Shown here: positions 29,033 to 40,078 of the stretch, in pieces
Layout: each line of letters starts with the position of its first letter
Position numbering within the stretch: the stretch's first letter is position 1
NCBI GenBank assembly: GCA_965199955.1
Contig: CBDATQ010000002.1
Location: 1,152,001 to 1,216,000 of the forward strand
Origin: Spirochaetia bacterium
GTDB lineage: Bacteria; Spirochaetota; Spirochaetia; SZUA-6; Bin103
Length of the DNA: 64,000 bases
Reading direction: 5' to 3'
Notes under the pieces: model-generated
What the model was told of the DNA's origin: nothing
The model's input: only the letters and a program-made list of their open reading frames with translations
Database searches by the model: none
Position numbers and translations under genes: made by a program

Positions 29033-30043
29033 CTACCAGACTCCCTGCCCGGTGAGGCGGCGGGCGATCTTGTGGGCGCCGAGCAGCAACAGGACCGCCA
29101 TCACGCTCTTGAACAGACCTACCGCGGCGGCGAAGTCGTACTGATGCAGGCCGCCCTCACCTCCCAAGCCGCGGCGATAGACGAAAGTGTCGATGATGTC
29201 GGAGACCTCGTAGACCAGGGGGTTGTACAGGTTGAAGACCTGGTCGAATCCGGCGTTGAGCAGATTGCCGACGCGCAGGATCGCCAGGATGGTAATGACC
29301 GGCAGCAGTGACGGCAGGGTGATGTGGATCGACCGCTGCATGCGGTTGGCGCCGTCCACGGTGGCCGACTCGTAGAGCTCCGGATCGATCGAGGCAAGGG
29401 CGGCCAGGTAGATCACCGACTGCCAGCCCATCTCCTTCCAGATCTCCGTGACGATGAGCATGGGGCGGAACAAGGCGCCCGTCGTGAGCACCTCTGGGGG
29501 TGGTTGCCCCAGCCAGACGGCGATCTGGGCGAGCGGGCCGCTCTGCGGGGAAAGGATCTCTCGCAGGATCGTGGCCAGGATGACCCAGGACATGAAGTGC
29601 GGGAGGTAGGAGATGGTCTGCGCCGTCTTCTTGAACGGCTGGCTGGGCAACTCGTTGACCAGCAGCGCCAGCAGGATCGGCGCCGGGAAGCCCCACAGCA
29701 GCTTGAGCCCGCTGATCACCACGGTGTTGCGGATGATCCGCCACGCGTACGGGTTGCGGAAGAAGTCCTCGAAGTGCTGCAGGCCCACCCAGCGGCTGCC
29801 CCAGTAGCCGCGGCCGAGGCGGAAGTCCTTGAAGGCGATGATGTTCCCGTACATCGGCAGGTAGTGGAAGATGAAGAAGATCGCCAGCGGCAGCAGGAAC
29901 AGCAGGTAGAGCAGCCGCATCTGCTTGGCGCGCTGCCAGCTCTCGGAACGCAGCCGCCGGCGCAGGTCGGCAGGCAGCGCCCTGGATGCGGAGGGGACAC
30001 CCCCCTGTTCCGGTACGACCTGTTTCACGTCGAGCTCAGCCAT
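29033..30043 (-). CDS. Carbohydrate ABC transporter permease (LplB-like)
   Basis: YLPMYGNIIAFK, QTISYLPHFMSWV, ELYESATVDGAN. Confidence 0.92.
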   Translation of the reverse strand: MAELDVKQVVPEQGGVPSASRALPADLRRRLRSESWQRAKQMRLLYLLFLLPLAIFFIFHYLPMYGNIIAFKDFRLGRGYWGSRWVGLQHFEDFFRNPYAWRIIRNTVVISGLKLLWGFPAPILLALLVNELPSQPFKKTAQTISYLPHFMSWVILATILREILSPQSGPLAQIAVWLGQPPPEVLTTGALFRPMLIVTEIWKEMGWQSVIYLAALASIDPELYESATVDGANRMQRSIHITLPSLLPVITILAILRVGNLLNAGFDQVFNLYNPLVYEVSDIIDTFVYRRGLGGEGGLHQYDFAAAVGLFKSVMAVLLLLGAHKIARRLTGQGVW

Positions 30044-30052
30044 GGTGCAGCA

Positions 30053-30472
30053 TCACTTCAGCTTGAGCAGCGGGTAGTCCGGTGACTCCGGCCGGGGGGT
30101 CAGGGTGCGGTTGGTGCAGTCGGCGATCAGATCCAGCGCTTCCATGACGATCTGGCCGACCAGCGGCTCGCTGAGGGGAGGCCCGACCACGCAGTCGGTG
30201 CTCATGAACCGGTTGCCGATGCGTATGGTCAGCGGACCCGCTACCGGCCGCTCCTCCTTCCGTTCGTCGGCATACGACACGATCACGGTTCGCCGGACGC
30301 CGACGCCGAGCCGTTCGACGACGTTCTGTGGCAGCACGAGCATGACGGCGCCGGTATCGACGACCGCCTCGACGCTCGTACGCCGTATGTCGGATTCCCG
30401 ACCGTGTCCCTTCTCGAAATACGCCCGATCCACCGGATTCTCCAGTTCTGCGTTGACCGCGATCTCCCCCAT
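30053..30472 (-). CDS. Clan AA aspartic protease (AF_0612-like)
   Basis: AVVDTGA, YADERKE, EPLVGQIVMEALDL. Confidence 0.85.
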   Translation of the reverse strand: MGEIAVNAELENPVDRAYFEKGHGRESDIRRTSVEAVVDTGAVMLVLPQNVVERLGVGVRRTVIVSYADERKEERPVAGPLTIRIGNRFMSTDCVVGPPLSEPLVGQIVMEALDLIADCTNRTLTPRPESPDYPLLKLK

Positions 30473-30549
30473 GCACGCCTCCATTCGTGGTGCGCCGTCG
30501 CGCATTCTATCCTACCGTCGGACGTTCCGCATGCAATCCTCGCCCAAGC

Positions 30550-33390
30550 TCACTCCTCGCCGAGCTTCAGCGCCTCGTGCACGCGCAGCCGGCGCACCAG
30601 GGATTGGAACAGCACGGCGCCGGCGGCCATGATGACGAGCGCCAGGACGTAGAAGCGCAGGTAGTCGCTGCGCAGGGCGACCACCCGGAAGGGCAGGATC
30701 TGCTCTGCGGCCGGGCCGGCAAGCTGCAGCAGCGGCACGTACATCACCGCCGCAAGTTGCCCGATCGCCAGCCCGGTCAGAATCGCGAAGCCGCCGGTCA
30801 GAAGCTGCTCCAGCACCAGCATGCCGACCACCTGCCGCCGGTGCACGCCCAGGGCGCGCAGCAGGCCGAACTGCAGGGTGCGCTCGCGCAGCGCGAACAC
30901 CAGGAACAGCACGTAGCCGGTCACGCTCACCAGCACGGCGGTGAGGAAGCCGAAGGTGAGCACGCCGTTGGTGCCCTGCAGCAGCGGGTCGTTCTTGGCC
31001 TCGATGGTGAGCTGCGACGTGTCCCGGATCTCCAGGACGCGCAGATCCTCCTCTTCCACGGCGGTGTAAAGCGGGCCGCTTTGCGCGCCCGGCTCCAGAT
31101 CCATCCACAGCTCGTACGGCTCGGTGGCCATCTTCGCGAACACGTAGTCGAAGTTGGCCACGGCGAACGTGCGCGTGCGGCCCCGGCCGGCGGCGTTCGG
31201 ATCGAACGACGGCCAGTAGTCGACGAAGCCCAGCACGACCGCCTGGAGCGGCAGCTGCCGCTTCCAGGTGAGGCGCACCAGGTCGCCGAGCCGCACGTTG
31301 CCCCGATCGCGGAGGTCGGCCGACAGCAGGACGCCGGTCGGGTGCTCGGAGAGGAGGTTCAGGTGGTGGTTGATGTGGGACGGCAGCAGGTCGCTGCGGA
31401 ACCAGGTGATGCGGCCGAACTCGTGTGGGACCACGGCCATCACCTGCAGGGCCACGCGGGAGCTGCCGGGGACGATCATGCTGGCCGACGGAGCGCGGAA
31501 CACGGTGGTGAGCTGGTCGACCCCCGGCAGGGCGCGGAACGGCCCGAGCGGCGGCGCCCGGTACTGGACCGCCGGCGCGGAGCCGGACGGCGCGGCCGGG
31601 GCTGCCACCGGATCCAGCAGATCCACGCTCTCCGGAGGCTCGTCGCTCTGGAACTCCGGCAGCAGCGCGAGGTCTGCTCCGACCTGGTAGGAGATGTCGT
31701 CTTCCGCGCTTCGATTGATCGTGCGGGCGGTTGTGCTGGAGGCCAGGCCCACGCCCAGGGTCAGGATCAGGAAGGTCATCGCGAAGTACTCGCGGCCGCG
31801 CGAGCGGCCTACCTGCACCAGGCCGGCATACAGGGCCGGCGACCACAGGGCTCGCCCCAGGCGGAACACCACCCGCACCGCGATCGGAAACAGGCGCAGG
31901 GTCAACAGGCCCGCGCCCAGGATGAACGCCGTCGACGCCAGGAACAGCAACGGGTCGAGCGGCGCCGACTCGGCCGGAATCAGCTCCTGGATCGTCCGGC
32001 GCTGGCGGAACGACACGAAGGCGTAGCCGGACAGGCCGAGCAGCACGAAGTCGAGCATGAACCGCTGCCACGGTAGCGAGCGCGGCGCGCGCGCGTGTCG
32101 GCTCTTCAGCCCGACGATGGACACCCCCGTGGTGCGCACCAGCGGCACCACCAGCGAGCCGACGAAGATCGCCACACCCAGGAGGGCATAGCCGACCATC
32201 TTCCAGCTCAACAGGAGCGGCAGCGCCGGCCGCGCCACGAAGTCCAGGAAGCCGTTGGAGGCGCCGATCACCCGCACGATCAGGACCGCCAGCGGCAGGC
32301 CGAGCACCAGGCCGATCGCGCCCAGCAGCAGCGCCTCGATCAGGTAGGCGGAGAGGATCTGGCGGCCGGCGGCGCCGCGGCTCTTCAGCACGGCGATCTC
32401 GTTGCGGTCGCCGTCGATGACGAGCTGCGACAGCATCGCCACGAACAGCAGCAGCAGCAGCGCCGACGGGATCTGCAGGAACGACAGGGTGCGCTGCAGC
32501 GTGGCCGCGCGCAGCAGGTAGGACTCCAGGAGCGGCGCGATCGCGAAGTTGAAGCTCACGCCCGCGGGCGCCGCCAGGCGCACGTAGTCCTGGTAGCGGC
32601 GCATCACGGTGGGCACGTCGCGGATCGTCAGCTCGTGGTAGTCGATCGCGTAGTGCCAGTAGGCGCGCGTCAGGTTGCGCGCCTCGGTGTCCAGGAAGTG
32701 GCGTTCGAACGTGGAGAAGTCGATCAGGTAGCTGGTGGACAGCCGGGAGAAGCGGCCGAACCAGAACAGGTCGCGCGGGTCGCTCTTGGTGAACACGCCC
32801 ACGACCTTGATCATGAGCCTCGGCACGTGGCCGAGCAGATCGTGGAGCTGATAGGTGCGGCCGAGCTGCAGCTCCAGCTCCCGAAACGCCTCCGCGGTCA
32901 CCAGTGCCTCGTACACGTCGGTGCCGTCTCCGGCCGGGTCGCCCGTGGCCGGCTCGAACATGCGGCCGTGGGTCACCTCGACGTGCGCGCCCAGGTTCTC
33001 GATCGCCTCCACGCGGGCGAAAACCTTGGTCTCACCGTCTCCGGAGGCCCGGATGTCGTACACGTAGTCCAGGCGGAGCTGCCGCATGGCGGCGATGATC
33101 GGCACCCGCAGCGCCGGCACCAGGCGCTGGACGAGCTCCCGGTCGATCTCGCGGACGTAGCGAGCACGCTCGGCCTTGCGGCGCAGCGCGTACAGGTCGA
33201 CTTCCAGGACGGCGGTGCCCGGATAGCGCCCGGTGCGCGCCTGCTGGCGCTCCAGGTCGCGGGTGAGCAGGCGTTGCAGCACCCCGTCGGCGTACATGGG
33301 CGTGGAGGCCAGCAGCGCCACGCTGAGCGTGGCCGCCGCCGCCAGCGCGATCGCCAGCCAGCCCCGCCCGCGGATACGCCGCGCGATCAA
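30550..33390 (-). CDS. FtsX-like/MacB-type ABC transporter permease
   Basis: EIAVLKSRGA and QFGLLRALG FtsX motifs; two periplasmic domains. Confidence 0.85.
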   Translation of the reverse strand: MIARRIRGRGWLAIALAAAATLSVALLASTPMYADGVLQRLLTRDLERQQARTGRYPGTAVLEVDLYALRRKAERARYVREIDRELVQRLVPALRVPIIAAMRQLRLDYVYDIRASGDGETKVFARVEAIENLGAHVEVTHGRMFEPATGDPAGDGTDVYEALVTAEAFRELELQLGRTYQLHDLLGHVPRLMIKVVGVFTKSDPRDLFWFGRFSRLSTSYLIDFSTFERHFLDTEARNLTRAYWHYAIDYHELTIRDVPTVMRRYQDYVRLAAPAGVSFNFAIAPLLESYLLRAATLQRTLSFLQIPSALLLLLFVAMLSQLVIDGDRNEIAVLKSRGAAGRQILSAYLIEALLLGAIGLVLGLPLAVLIVRVIGASNGFLDFVARPALPLLLSWKMVGYALLGVAIFVGSLVVPLVRTTGVSIVGLKSRHARAPRSLPWQRFMLDFVLLGLSGYAFVSFRQRRTIQELIPAESAPLDPLLFLASTAFILGAGLLTLRLFPIAVRVVFRLGRALWSPALYAGLVQVGRSRGREYFAMTFLILTLGVGLASSTTARTINRSAEDDISYQVGADLALLPEFQSDEPPESVDLLDPVAAPAAPSGSAPAVQYRAPPLGPFRALPGVDQLTTVFRAPSASMIVPGSSRVALQVMAVVPHEFGRITWFRSDLLPSHINHHLNLLSEHPTGVLLSADLRDRGNVRLGDLVRLTWKRQLPLQAVVLGFVDYWPSFDPNAAGRGRTRTFAVANFDYVFAKMATEPYELWMDLEPGAQSGPLYTAVEEEDLRVLEIRDTSQLTIEAKNDPLLQGTNGVLTFGFLTAVLVSVTGYVLFLVFALRERTLQFGLLRALGVHRRQVVGMLVLEQLLTGGFAILTGLAIGQLAAVMYVPLLQLAGPAAEQILPFRVVALRSDYLRFYVLALVIMAAGAVLFQSLVRRLRVHEALKLGEE

Positions 33391-33398
33391 CGGCGCGC

Positions 33399-34415
33399 TC
33401 AGCGGAGCACCACCACCTCGCCGACCGCAAGACCGTCGACGATCTCCACCTCGGTCGACGTGGACAACCCCACCTCCACGGACCGCTCGATGCGCAGGTC
33501 GTCCTCCAGCACGAACACGAACCGGCGGTTGACGTAGGTCTGCACCGCGTCCGACGGCAGCACGATCACGTCCTCGCGCCGGTCGGTCACCATCGACGCG
33601 GTGCCGGTCTGGCCGCGGGTGAGCGTCCCCGGTGGGGCGTCGACGCGGACCAGCACCACGTCGCGCATCTCATCCGGTGCGTCGAGCGGCGCGTTGCGAG
33701 GCGTCATCACCACCTCACCGGGATACGTGTCTCCGCGCAGGTTGATGGTGACCTCGCGGCCGAGCGAGAACTCGTCGTCGCGCTGCCCGCGGTAGGCGAA
33801 CAGCAGGTCGCGCGGGTCGGCGACCTGCACCACGGTCTGCCGGGCGCCGATCGGCTCGCCCGGAAAGACACGGGTGACGAACACCACCTCGCCGTCGAAC
33901 GGCGAGCGCAGCGTGGACTTCGCAAGCTCCGTTTCAAGCTGATCCAGCGCCAGCCGCTCCAACTGAACGTCGAGCCTGGCCATCTCCTGCTGGAAACGGT
34001 CTGCCCCGAGCGCCGCGGCCCGCTCCATCCCGAGCTCCGCGCGGCGCACGCGGATTCGCTGGCGTTCGACGTCCAGACTCAGCGTGTCGGTGTCGAGCGT
34101 CGCCAGCACCTGGCCTGCCGTCACGTCGTCGCCCAGCCGCACCAGCACTTCCTTCAGGCGCCCGGAGCGTTCCCCGAACTGCAGCGCGATCTGCGTCGGA
34201 TAGACGATGGCGCCGCCGACCACGACGCGGCGCTCGATGGTGTCCAGCTCCACGACCCTGGTTCGGTAGGTAATCTCCGGAGGCTCGACCAGGGGAGGCG
34301 CCAGGATCGCCTCCTCCCGGGGCAGCAGGAAGCAGCCGGCGGTCAGGGCGGCCGCCAGCAGCAGCGCCGTCGCGGGGCGTCGGCGCTGCAGGGATCGCAT
34401 GACTCCGGCGGGCAT
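33399..34415 (-). CDS. Periplasmic adaptor (membrane fusion) lipoprotein
   Basis: Lipobox LTAGC; VRLGDDVTAGQVLA; LRSPFDGEV; EIVDGLAVGEVV. Confidence 0.85.
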   Translation of the reverse strand: MPAGVMRSLQRRRPATALLLAAALTAGCFLLPREEAILAPPLVEPPEITYRTRVVELDTIERRVVVGGAIVYPTQIALQFGERSGRLKEVLVRLGDDVTAGQVLATLDTDTLSLDVERQRIRVRRAELGMERAAALGADRFQQEMARLDVQLERLALDQLETELAKSTLRSPFDGEVVFVTRVFPGEPIGARQTVVQVADPRDLLFAYRGQRDDEFSLGREVTINLRGDTYPGEVVMTPRNAPLDAPDEMRDVVLVRVDAPPGTLTRGQTGTASMVTDRREDVIVLPSDAVQTYVNRRFVFVLEDDLRIERSVEVGLSTSTEVEIVDGLAVGEVVVLR

Positions 34416-34539
34416 CGGCCGGCATTATGCACCGGGCGGCTAGGACGTGGCCTGCTCGATCGGCAGTGCAGGCCCGGCCGGATGGGCACCCGGTATCATC
34501 TCCGCCGTCAAAGATGGTCGTTCAAGCAGGCGGACTCGC

Positions 34540-35310
34540 ATGACCGCAGCCGAGATCGCGCGCCAGATCTACGCTCCGCGATACGCTCTGGCCTCGGCTG
34601 TCCGACGCGCCGAGCTCGCGGAGATGGGCGGCGGCTTCCTGACGATCGACCGGTCGTCGGGTACGGAGTATCCCTCGACCAACCGCAACCGGGCCGAGTT
34701 CGTCGGCGTGACCCGGCCGGCGAGACGCAGCGAGGTAGCGGCGATCACCGAGCGATTCTCCGCCGCCGGAGTGAGTCGCTGGTTCTTCTGGCTGAGTCCG
34801 TGCGCGCAGGAGGAAGAGATCCGGCAGTGGCTGCTGGAGGTGGGGCTGCAGCCGTTCGACGGCCCGCGATACATCACGCTGGCGCGCTCCGCCGAAGCGG
34901 TAGCGCCCCATGAGACGGCACTTCGCGTGCGCGCGCTGACGGCGCCGGAACTGCACGCCCACACGGGGTTTCTGACCGAGCTCTACGGCGACTTTGCCGG
35001 CTCCTGCCGGGGGACGATCGGCCGCGAGACTGCATCCACTACCTGGCGTTCGACGGCGATCGTCCGGTCGCGCGGGGCGCAGAACGCCCTGATCGCGGCC
35101 CGCGTTCGCGCCGCGCACGCCCGCGGCTGCCGGATCGTGATGGCGGAGACGCTGAGCATCCTGCGTCCGTCGCTCGCCAACCTGGTCCGCCACGGGTTCC
35201 GCGAGTGCTACGACACGCAGGTCTACGTACGCGCGCAACGCCTGATCGTGCCGAGCACGTCCCCGAACGGGCAGCGCGCCGCTCGCGCGAAGGTCAATCG
35301 TCGTCGGTGA
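34540..35310 (+). pseudogene. GNAT acetyltransferase-like gene with an internal deletion
   Basis: NRAEF...FFWLSP; RGAQNALIAARV...GC...AET...SLANLVRHGF; the segment preceding motif A appears missing near 35030-35070. Confidence 0.5.
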
Positions 35311-35591
35311 GCGTGAGCGAGGAATAAGTACCAATCTGGTACCCGCCGAACATGGCGCGCACCCGTACCTGGTAGGTGGTCTGCGGTAGCAGGCCGGTGA
35401 TCGTGTAGCTGGTGGCGGTGCTCGCGAGGCCGGTGACGTTGGTCCAGTCCGCGTCGGAGTTGCTCCGCCATCGCAGCTCGTAGCCGGTGATGGCCAGCTC
35501 TGCAACGGGGCCGCCCACGTGACCGTCACGCTGGTCTGATCTTGCGTTCCCGCGGACAAGGCGGGCGCTGCCGGCGTTTCGGAGTCCGACG
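35289..35591. repeat. Repeat L, copy 1 (FN3-coding)
   Basis: Matches 40923-41172 at both ends (GAAGGTCAATCGTCGTCGGTGA... and GGTCCAGTCCGC...CGGAGTCCG). Confidence 0.9.
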
Positions 35592-35640
35592 CTTCCGTCA
35601 ACGTCGGTCCCCGGCTGCATGCTCCCAGCAGCAAATCGGC
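35294..35640 (-). pseudogene. Fibronectin type III lipoprotein remnant
   Basis: LLLGAC lipobox, PAAPALS...SVTVTWAAP, frameshift, ITGYELRWR...SYTITGLLPQTTYQVRVRA. Confidence 0.75.
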
Positions 35641-36481
35641 GATGGAGCTCCGAAAGGGTGGCCTCCGCGTCTTGCCACTCGGGACCGCCATCCGGGACCT
35701 CGGACGGAGCCCGTGCGAACGGTATGCCAGCACCCCAACGCTCCGCCGCAGTAAGCATGATCCGATCCATCCGTTCGCGCATCAGCCACGGGCGGTGAGC
35801 GCCTCGAAGAAGCCCGCGGCCACGCCAATCCGAAATCCCGCGACTACGGATAGCGATCATCACAAGCCGGTCGCGCTCCAAGCGCATTTCGCCATTGTCC
35901 GTCTCCTGATATATCGCCGTCACTTCCCCGACATCATCGAGATCAGCACGGGACAGCGAGTTCGAAGGCCGCAGGCGCAGGCGTTCCGGCACCATTCGCC
36001 CCCCCGCATCTTCACTCGGCGCCCAAACTTGCTCCATGACTGAATGGCCAATCGGAATAGCTGTCAGCATGTCCCTCAACGTCGCTTGCCAGCCATCCCG
36101 GAGACCGTGGAGCAGAACGTTCTGCATCGTGTCGGCCACTTCCTGCTCTTTTCTGGCCTGCGCCTTGCTCATCGGGTCTGCTGGAGGAACAACAGACCAC
36201 TCAGCGCTCATAATCGGCAGCTCTATCGCCTGGAGGACAGCAGAAATCTCGTCATCACGCTCCATTCTGGACCAGAGCTCTGCTGTCTCCTGCCACTGCG
36301 ACCCGTGATCATCGATCGAATCCCAAAGCGGGGAGTCGGCGGAGACGAGTTGCGGCCCGCGGGACGAGCCTCGTTCCTCGGTTGGCGCCTGCGCGGCATC
36401 GCCTCGACGATTCAATGCCTGCACGCGAGAGCGAGCCGCTTCAACGCGGAAACGTGCTCTGGATATGCTGTTTCTTTCCAC
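35640..36481 (-). pseudogene. Phage portal protein (DUF935/Mu gp29-like), 3'-truncated
   Basis: DDEISAVL...LPIMSAEWSV, IPIGHSVMEQVW, GRGLLRGAHRPWL, AERWGAGIP. Confidence 0.75.
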
Positions 36482-37028
36482 GACGTCCTACAGTCTATGC
36501 ACATCTCCCTTGGCCCATCAAAGGGTGATGCGTCAGTTTGAACTTTCTTTTTCTGCCTGCGGATTTGACCGTAGATGTGCCGGTGCGGTACATTCAACCC
36601 CAACAGAGAGAAGGCGGCCAGCGCGGCGCGGCGTATATGCCGGGTCACTGGTCGAATACAACAGCCGCATGGGCAGGAGAGTAGCTACTCCGGCCCGGAG
36701 TGAACAGGCCGGTATATTGGTCTCTCCCGCGCCGAGCGCGGTTGCCTTCTCTGGAACGGCCCGGCATCTCTGCGTGCCGGCAGGAGGAGGACCATGCTCG
36801 ATTTCCGATTTCGACTTCGCGCCCACCATCGTCGGTGCGACCCATGCCTGTGCAAACAGCGCCCCTTGCCGGGCCAGCAGCGGAGGTGGACAGGATGATC
36901 CATCGGAGATTTCTACTTCGCGCCACGATCGTGGATGCGAACCATGCACGGACTGCGCAACGCCACAATGAGGCGTTCGCCAAGCGCCCGCGGCTTCACC
37001 GGAAGCCTGTCCCTCTGGGTGCCTGACC

Positions 37029-37625
37029 ATGAAGGGGAAGACGGCAATCTTGCTGTTGCTGATACTTTCCGCGCTGATCGCGCAGGCAGACTGGGAGCCG
37101 ACGGAGTACGGCGGCTGGTACTACGTGGAGCAGGTGAGTGCTCTCGAAACGGCCAAGTGGTTAGCGATGACGGCGTCCACCGGAGGGGGAATCCGGTGGA
37201 CGCTCAGCAGGTCATGCGAAGGCCCGCTCACTCTGAGCGCATCAGCAAGCGACTGGGGGACTGTAACCAGCCGAGGCAAAATCAGACGCGAACGCTTAGG
37301 CCGCGGGTGTACGTTCACGCGGTTCGGACAGGTTTGCGAGAGATACGAGACGGTTTGGTACTACGACGCTCGCTTCCGCATCGATGACGGCGAGATCCAG
37401 CGTTGGACTTGGCGGTACGGATGGAACAGCAACGCCGGACAGGAAGTCTTGGTGACCGAGTGGCCGGGATCTGAATACTACGGAGACCCCATGCTGATAG
37501 GTAATCGGCTCGTCATCGAGATCATCCCTTCATCCGGCGTGCTGGTCTTCGATACAACTGACTTCGCCGCGGCGCTGGCTGAGCACTGCGGATTCAAGCC
37601 CTTCTATCCACCGCCGGAGGCTTGA
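37029..37625 (+). CDS. Secreted hypothetical protein (phage cargo)
   Basis: Signal peptide MKGKTAILLLLILSALIAQA; intact 198-aa ORF followed by a hairpin. Confidence 0.65.
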   Translation: MKGKTAILLLLILSALIAQADWEPTEYGGWYYVEQVSALETAKWLAMTASTGGGIRWTLSRSCEGPLTLSASASDWGTVTSRGKIRRERLGRGCTFTRFGQVCERYETVWYYDARFRIDDGEIQRWTWRYGWNSNAGQEVLVTEWPGSEYYGDPMLIGNRLVIEIIPSSGVLVFDTTDFAAALAEHCGFKPFYPPPEA

Positions 37626-37632
37626 TGTAGCG

Positions 37633-37671
37633 CGTAGGGGCGCCGGCACAGCGACCGCCGGCGCTCCTACG
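37633..37671. terminator. 15-bp inverted repeat, probable terminator
   Basis: CGTAGGGGCGCCGGC / GCCGGCGCTCCTACG. Confidence 0.6.
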
Positions 37672-37837
37672 CTACTCATCCTCCAGGCTGTTGCGCCGCG
37701 TCGTCACCTGCGGGGGCGGCCAATGGCACCCTGCCACAGAACTGCACAACGGATGCGCGCGCATTCAAGCTGACACACTTACCCAGCGCGCCGCTGAGCG
37801 GTTGACCAACGCAGGCAGTTGTTGTATCTTCCAGACC

Positions 37838-38283
37838 ATGCACAGAATATGTGATCACCCGGACTGGGTAACCCCTCGCGCGACAATCAACCTTATTCGA
37901 AATGTTCAAGGAGATTGACGCCGTAGTCCGCAAGGACATTTCGCGCTTCAACCGTCTGTCCGAATACGACCGAGGGGGACGTCAGTATAAGTGTACCAGC
38001 CAATCAGATTCCTGCACGATCGTGACCAACTCCTTCGATGACCAAGCTGATAAGATGACGCTCAATCTTATCGGCGATGAATACATCGAGGTCCTCAGGA
38101 ACAACAGTGTGGTGTTCCTTGTACGGATTTACTTGGAACCCTTGGACGATCTCGTATGATTTCATTATTGATGACGACGACGGCCCGATGAGAATGTGGG
38201 AGATCAGCCAAAAGGTGCTTGCAGATTTTCTCTTCCCTCGGGAATCTTTGCGGCCTCCTGAAGGCGCCATCAGGTCATGCTGA
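37838..38283 (+). pseudogene. Hypothetical gene with two frameshifts, paralog of the next gene
   Basis: PDWVTPRA / MFKEIDAVVRKDISRFN...DEYIEV / WNP...DDDDGP...ISQKVLADFLF. Confidence 0.65.
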
Positions 38284-39062
38284 ATAAGTCAGCGATCCAC
38301 AACTGGGTGGAAGAGCGCGCGGCGCGGACCATCGTCGACACGTTCAAGGAGATTGCAAGACAAATCCGTAATGACGTCGAGTGCTTCAACAATCTCCCCT
38401 ACAGCAAACGCGAAGGGCGTCGGTATCAGTACAATATTCACGATAATAACTGCATCACCGTGACCAGAGACCTCGATCGAGGCGACGATAAAGTGACGTT
38501 CAGGCTTGTCGACGATGAGTACATCGATGTCTCACGAAACGACGTCACGAAGTTAGCAGTGTGGTTAGAGTGGAACCCTGATATGAACACGCACCAAATC
38601 TTCGTTGACGATGATGACGCGCCGACATACACATGTAATATCAGCCAAAAGGCGATCGGCGACCTCCTTTTCCGCAGAACCATTGTTCGCGTTCTGGACC
38701 GTAGCCGAACGACAGTAGAAGTATCAAAGACCGCGCGTCACCGACCATTTGCGCCCGCCTCTCTGCCCCCATCGCCGACGATTCGTCGACTTCGTAGGGT
38801 CCGGGCGCCTGCTCAACATATCCAACGCCATACAGAGAGCTACAATAGGATCTATCACGTCGCGCTGATCCGAACGGTCGGGCTGGACGTATCCTGCCGC
38901 GTCGCTCTTGAGGCGCGTAAGGCTGGCAGCGTGCCGCAGCAGCGGACAGCCGCCATGCGCCAGCAACCCGCCGCGAACCAAGCGTTCCACTTCCCTTACT
39001 CCAGCGGTCATGCCGCGCGGCGATTGAATCACCGACGTACATTCATAGCCGGCTTCAGTTAG
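38277..39062 (+). CDS. Hypothetical protein (homologous core about 135 aa; the tail overlapping the terminase is probably read-through)
   Basis: NWVEERA...FKEIARQIRNDVECFN...DEYIDV...WNP...DDDDAP...ISQKAIGDLLF aligns with the upstream paralog. Confidence 0.6.
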   Translation: MLNKSAIHNWVEERAARTIVDTFKEIARQIRNDVECFNNLPYSKREGRRYQYNIHDNNCITVTRDLDRGDDKVTFRLVDDEYIDVSRNDVTKLAVWLEWNPDMNTHQIFVDDDDAPTYTCNISQKAIGDLLFRRTIVRVLDRSRTTVEVSKTARHRPFAPASLPPSPTIRRLRRVRAPAQHIQRHTESYNRIYHVALIRTVGLDVSCRVALEARKAGSVPQQRTAAMRQQPAANQAFHFPYSSGHAARRLNHRRTFIAGFS

Positions 39063-40078
39063 CCTCTGTGCCGTCGCTTCCGCCGACCATCGATCGTAGC
39101 CGACCCAGCAGCCATCCGGCATGATCCGGCGCAGGTCTGTCTCGACAGCGCGATAGTCTATAACCGATCCGGGCAACTCCTTGATCGCTCCGGCGGCGAT
39201 CAAGGCTTGGAGGAACTTCCTCTGCGAATCGGTCCGCCGCTTCGATTGCAGCGCTCCCTTCGGCAGCCAAGAATAGAGCCGGCAGCCCACCCGATCATCA
39301 ACCCTCCATGCCAGCGCAAGACAAGTCATGTCAGAGACGTGGCCCACGTCGAATCCGGCTCCGACCGCTGCTCCTTCCGGGACGCGCCCGAGGTCCTCAG
39401 CGCATGAATCCCATTCGTCAAGGTCGAGCCAAGGAGAATCCTGAAGTTCCACCCAGCGATTGAGCCGCCACTGCTCATAATTCACTCTCTCGCGCGCAGA
39501 CTGTCGCGCCCTCTCGATGCCCTCGATGATGTGTTCTTCCGTGATAGTGATTCCGAGCATCGGATTGCAGGTCTCAGCCATTGCCGTGGCAGGATCGTCC
39601 CAAGGAGCGTCCGGCGGAGCCTCGAAAATCACCGGCAGCAGTCGCCTGTCCTCGATTTCTCCGTCCCGAACCTTACGCGCATGCTCAACGAGCTCCCATC
39701 CAAGCCCTTCACGCCGCCTCCCAGCCGTAGTAAGCGCCATCACCAGAGGCTCCGACCGCGCCGCACTCGCCTCCGGGCTGGTAAGCGCCTCCCAAGACTC
39801 GCGAGCACGCGATGAAGTCCATGCGTGGACCTCATCGCAGATCACAACCGATGGCGAGGATCCCTGAAGCTTGCCAGCGCCAGTCTCAACCCCGATCACT
39901 CGGAGCACTCCGCCGTTCCCCGGCGCCGTAATCGTCATCGTGTGCTCCGCAATCTGACCATCAGCACGCCCAGGACTCGTGGGTGGAACGCCACGAGTCC
40001 ACGATCGCATAACGATTTCATCGCGGCAGCCTCCAGAATCAAACCATATCGTATCTTGTCGTGATTCAAGAGCGTTCT
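38724..40078 (-). pseudogene. Phage terminase large subunit, 5'-truncated
   Basis: Walker B VICDEVH, LTTAG, NPMLGITI, RLNRWV, GFDVGHVSDMT, GYDRWSA, IDPIVALCMAL; no Walker A before repeat R. Confidence 0.85.

Noticed and set aside
35294..36481. Functional portal-FN3 fusion protein
   Set aside because: The portal is truncated and the first FN3 strands are in another frame; it is a deletion artefact.
36533..37030. Phage Dam-like methyltransferase remnant (MVLLLPARRD..., ...AAVVF)
   Set aside because: Only faint motif echoes across different frames and no NPPY/F motif; not supportable without a search.
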